A stretch of DNA of 32,000 bases, taken from Guillardia theta nucleomorph. Its lineage: Eukaryota; Protista; Cryptophyta. How positions within the stretch are numbered: the stretch's first letter is position 1; each line of letters opens with the position of its first letter. Positions 28,428-32,000 of the stretch are shown here, in pieces. The stretch is from NCBI GenBank assembly GCA_000002975.1, contig AF165818.4:90001-122000 (forward strand), in the 5' to 3' direction. A program made the position numbers and the translations under genes. Under the pieces are notes generated by a model. The model was not told the origin of the DNA and ran no database searches. It worked only from the letters and a program-made list of their open reading frames with translations.

Positions 28428-28952
28428 TTATTCAAATTTGTCTTGATTTGGTAAGAATTTATTATTGAACCAAATAATCGAATCGCTTTTTTTTATTCTT
28501 TGTTTTTTACCTATGCAAGATCTTGATCTCTTTTTATACTTTATTCTATGACCATTCCTGCATAAAACACAATAAAAATCCATCCCGAATATACCTACTA
28601 GTGGATCATACTTTATACCCAAATCTATATGTTCTTCAATTCCAAAACCAAAATTACCAGTTGTAGAAAAACTTTTTTCGTTAATCATAAAATCTTTCAC
28701 TTTAAGTGCTCTTTCAAGCAATTCTTCAGCTTTAATTCCTCTTACGGTTACTTTACAAGCAATTTCTTCATTGCGTCTAATACCCCAGTTTCTAATAGTA
28801 ATTTTTGCTTTTGAAAAAGTTGGAGTTTGACCTGTAAGTTGCTCTAAAACTCTTGCAGCTTTTTTGAGTTTATCACCAGATTCACCGATGCAACAGTTGA
28901 TTACTAGTTTTTCTAATTTAATATTTCTCATATCGTTGTCTAACTTTGTCAT
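28428..28952 (-). CDS. rpl11: 60S ribosomal protein L11 (uL5)
   Basis: [23 protein letters not shown] and [19 protein letters not shown]. Confidence 0.98.
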   Translation of the reverse strand: MTKLDNDMRNIKLEKLVINCCIGESGDKLKKAARVLEQLTGQTPTFSKAKITIRNWGIRRNEEIACKVTVRGIKAEELLERALKVKDFMINEKSFSTTGNFGFGIEEHIDLGIKYDPLVGIFGMDFYCVLCRNGHRIKYKKRSRSCIGKKQRIKKSDSIIWFNNKFLPNQDKFE

Positions 28953-29034
28953 AAATATTTAAATTATTATTAATATATTACTATACATTTTTTTTATAAT
29001 AGAAAGAAAAACTCTGTTAATTATTCGTCTTAAA

Positions 29035-29478
29035 ATGTATTTAATAAAATTTAATATTTTCAATAAACTTGTAAATTTTTCAAAAATTTTTGAATATGCT
29101 ACCTACAAAAAGGTTCTCGCTAAAAATTTTAAAGAAAATTCTATTTATGCAAAATTTAATATATTTAATGTAGTAAAAATACAAAATATTGATTTAAATA
29201 AGGATTTAATATTTAAAAATAATGAAATCCTAATTACTTTAAGACACCCCAAATTATTTGAACTCTATGAAAATCTTAGTAATAGAAGAATCAGGCTACT
29301 TAATAAAAATTTGTATATTCTCACATCAGTATTGAAAAAAAATCAAAAAAATAAAAATCCAAAGAATATAATAATTTGGAAATTGATAAAAGAAAAATAT
29401 TTTGACATATTTAAAATAAAGGATATGAGTTTAACTTTTTATATAGATTATTATTTTTATTTCGAATTTCCTTTCTAG
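29035..29478 (+). CDS. Hypothetical protein (147 aa ORFan)
   Basis: ATG-started ORF divergent from rpl11. No family recognised. Confidence 0.6.
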   Translation: MYLIKFNIFNKLVNFSKIFEYATYKKVLAKNFKENSIYAKFNIFNVVKIQNIDLNKDLIFKNNEILITLRHPKLFELYENLSNRRIRLLNKNLYILTSVLKKNQKNKNPKNIIIWKLIKEKYFDIFKIKDMSLTFYIDYYFYFEFPF

Positions 29479-29697
29479 ATTTTTATTATGCATCAATATG
29501 ATCAAAGAAGTAAAAAAATTATTTGGTTAATTTTTAAATTAATTTTATTTCAAATCAAGTAACTTGTGTGTAAATAATATATTAGAGATATATCCATTTT
29601 TTTATATTTAACATTAAATAAAGTCTTAGAAGTTATTAGTTTTTTTTTTAACTTTTAAATAATAATAAATAAAAATATTAAACAAATTAAGTTTTTA

Positions 29698-31413
29698 GTG
29701 AATAAAAATATTCAGAAAAAGAATCCATTTTTTTCTAGTCAAAAAAATTTTAAAATATGGGATGATATTTCTTTTTTTACAAGAATTTTGATATTCTGTA
29801 AAAATTATTATTTGAATATAAACAAAACTATTTTAAATTCTAGTAACCTTATTGATTTTAAAATAAAACAATCATTTTCAATTATCAAAAATAAGTTATC
29901 GGGATTAGATTTAATTTTGATTGATGAAATTTTAAAATGGTATATATATTATCTTGTAAATAAAAAAAAAATTTTCAATACATTTTGTAAAAAGTCGATG
30001 ATTTTAAATTTTACTTGGAAAACAATACGAAAATTAACTATACCTGGAGATTTGTTTTACTTCGAAGCTAGAATTTATGAAATATTTAGTTTTAATAAGA
30101 TTTTAGCAGGTTTATTAGTCGAATGCTATAAATGTAATTCCTTATTCATTTATAACTTCAATTCAACAATCTTAGAAACTCCATTAGTTTGTATTAAAAA
30201 TAACTGTTCTTCTCGTAAGTTCTTTTTCAAAAAAAAAAAAATTTTACTAATGACATTTACTAAAATTAAATTTATTAAAGAGGATTTTAAAAAAAATAAA
30301 TTTTTGTTTTTTGACAAAGCTTTGATTCCAAATTTTAGAAATTCTTTGAAAATTGGAGACAAAATTATTATATTCGGAATGTTGAATGTCATTTCAATCT
30401 CCAATAATCATAATATAATTGAAAATAAAAAAAATATTTACTCATTTTATTTCATATCAAAAAAATTAGTTCTTAAAAATAAATATAATACAAATTTAGG
30501 TTACTTTAAATACAAAGAGATGTATTTTCTATTAAGAATTGTCAGATACAATGATTTTTTTTTTTTCCTGGTGAAGAGGTCAAGGTTTAATAATTTTCCT
30601 AACAAAATTTTATTTATATATATATTTTTTTTTTCATTGGCAAATTTATCATTTTTTAAAGGAATGGTTTTTCCTAAAGATTTTTTTTTTAAATTTTCAT
30701 CCTCTATAAAAAATATTTTATCTTATTTTGATGCATTCTTTTTTTTAAATTTCGAAGAAAAAAAAATGAGAAAAAATAATCAATCTATAAATTATCAGAA
30801 AAAAAAGCATGCAATTATTCTTGAAAATTTTTCCTTTCAAAATTATTGTGAAACTTTGTTAAGCTATGATAATTTAAAATCGTCAAATCAAAATAATTGT
30901 ATTTTAATCTTTAAAAGTAAATTTGAAAAATTAAGATCATTAATACAATTTTACCCATTAAATTTCATAAATCTTAATGATTATTTTATGAAGAATATTT
31001 ATTCAAACAAAAAAAAAATATCTAACATATTATTAAGTACTTTTAAGATTAAAAAATCGCACTTTGAAATTAAAAAAAAAAAACATATTAATATTACTAA
31101 ATTAGCTCTTTCAAAATATTTTTTCAAAAAATGTGTTTCAGTTTTTCAAATGCAAAAAAAACCATACTTAACAAAATTAGCTCATGAGTTTCTTCTTCAT
31201 TTGTATAGTAATAATATAAAAAATACTTGTAATGGTTTTAGGCATAATGTAGTATCATTTGTTATCAAATTGGCAGAGATAAGAATTAAATTTTTATTTA
31301 AAATATTTGTTTCATTGGAAGATATATTGGAAATTATAGATATATTATCCTTGAATAATGAATTAATTTTAAAAAATCCAATTATTAAACTAAAAAATTT
31401 TTTAAAAATTTAA
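29698..31413 (+). CDS. Degenerate MCM-family protein, most like MCM8
   Basis: Zn finger ECYKCN...TPLVCIKNNCSSRKF, OB segment SLKIGDKIIIFGML and lid KPYLTKLAHEFL...IKLAEIRIK...EDILEII. No recognisable Walker A or B. It has a GTG start, and the first ATG is at 29998. Confidence 0.62.
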   Translation: MNKNIQKKNPFFSSQKNFKIWDDISFFTRILIFCKNYYLNINKTILNSSNLIDFKIKQSFSIIKNKLSGLDLILIDEILKWYIYYLVNKKKIFNTFCKKSMILNFTWKTIRKLTIPGDLFYFEARIYEIFSFNKILAGLLVECYKCNSLFIYNFNSTILETPLVCIKNNCSSRKFFFKKKKILLMTFTKIKFIKEDFKKNKFLFFDKALIPNFRNSLKIGDKIIIFGMLNVISISNNHNIIENKKNIYSFYFISKKLVLKNKYNTNLGYFKYKEMYFLLRIVRYNDFFFFLVKRSRFNNFPNKILFIYIFFFSLANLSFFKGMVFPKDFFFKFSSSIKNILSYFDAFFFLNFEEKKMRKNNQSINYQKKKHAIILENFSFQNYCETLLSYDNLKSSNQNNCILIFKSKFEKLRSLIQFYPLNFINLNDYFMKNIYSNKKKISNILLSTFKIKKSHFEIKKKKHINITKLALSKYFFKKCVSVFQMQKKPYLTKLAHEFLLHLYSNNIKNTCNGFRHNVVSFVIKLAEIRIKFLFKIFVSLEDILEIIDILSLNNELILKNPIIKLKNFLKI

Positions 31414-31440
31414 TTTTTATTACTTTTTATCTTTTTTATC

Positions 31441-32000
31441 CTACTTAAATATTCTTTTACTGAAAATTTTAATCCAACCATTACTTCGAACTAAATATAA
31501 ATTATTATAGCCGCCAGAATAAGGATCATTTAATGCAGCTTGCACTATAGCATTTCTACCTAAATCTATCGCTTCATTAATTCTAGTAAACCAATTATAT
31601 CCAGAATCAAGAATTGAATAGGCAAATAAACATCCAGATCCTACTGAGATAATCTTTATTTTTATTCTAGATCCCTCCGAGTCAACGTAATAAATGTTTG
31701 GACCATTCTTGTCCCAACCAAGTATCATAGTTCCCATAGAAAGTCCAGCATTCTTATAATTTGATATCATACTCATTAGTACTTTTGAAGATCCTGCAAC
31801 TGAAAGTTTTTGATTGTTTCTAATTTCAAATATCTTACATAAAGAAGATAAATTCCTTTCCCAAAAAAAACAATCAGCTGCACCACCTGCCATTGTACCT
31901 AATAAGTTATTACTTATTTCTAGTATTTTTCTAACTTTCGAAGAACCAACATAACTTCCCATAGAAGCCCTTGAATCGACAGAAACAATTATGCCTCCAC
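31441..32000 (-). CDS. PSMB5: 20S proteasome subunit beta5 (Pre2/PSMB5), 5' part outside window
   Basis: The frame continues upstream as GGIIVSVDSRASMG. LLGTMAGGAADC..WER, GLSMGTMI, SVGSG and DPYSGG are present. Confidence 0.96.
   Translation of the reverse strand, partial: GGIIVSVDSRASMGSYVGSSKVRKILEISNNLLGTMAGGAADCFFWERNLSSLCKIFEIRNNQKLSVAGSSKVLMSMISNYKNAGLSMGTMILGWDKNGPNIYYVDSEGSRIKIKIISVGSGCLFAYSILDSGYNWFTRINEAIDLGRNAIVQAALNDPYSGGYNNLYLVRSNGWIKIFSKRIFK

Noticed and set aside
29692-29698. TTTTTAG at the GTG of the MCM8-like ORF as a splice acceptor
   Set aside because: There is no GT donor 42-52 nt upstream and no suitable ATG exon.
651-30404. Short antisense ORFs (651-836, 4247-4471, 8988-9290, 9315-9548, 11409-11597, 13479-13718, 15648-15845, 15977-16192, 22958-23170, 24107-24298, 25301-25507, 26721-26978, 27687-27896, 28629-28814, 30150-30404)
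   Set aside because: They lie opposite longer, better supported genes, many have non-ATG starts, and none shows a motif.
1-32000. Prokaryotic or viral systems, CRISPR arrays, mobile elements, alternative genetic code
   Set aside because: All recognisable genes are eukaryotic housekeeping genes that translate cleanly in the standard code. I saw no repeat arrays or transposases, and the poly-A/T runs reflect composition.

Overview
This is a very AT-rich, extremely gene-dense eukaryotic sequence. Spacers are mostly 0-110 nt, four gene pairs overlap tail to tail, and there are three 43-48 nt GTAAGTAT...AG spliceosomal introns. The pattern is characteristic of a cryptophyte nucleomorph chromosome; Guillardia theta is my inference and is not verified. 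Readily recognisable genes are a Rix7/CDC48-type AAA ATPase, rpl19, an Sm protein, TAF13, DPH1, FCF1, tRNA-Gln(UUG), eIF2-gamma, Snu114, proteasome beta6 and beta5, hsp70, IMP4, PWP2, rpl31 and rpl11. The ORF track misses one gene entirely (intron-split rpl39) and mis-starts two others (rpl19 and a 183-aa ORF). Several apparent ORFans are highly eroded members of known families: ASF1, MCM7, an MCM8-like protein, RuvBL/TIP49, Rpn6, NC2beta, a Skp1-like protein and an RMND5/Gid2-like RING protein. The last suggests a remnant GID/CTLH E3 ligase. Several of the NTPases have lost catalytic residues. All family assignments come from motif comparison by eye; no database search was run.
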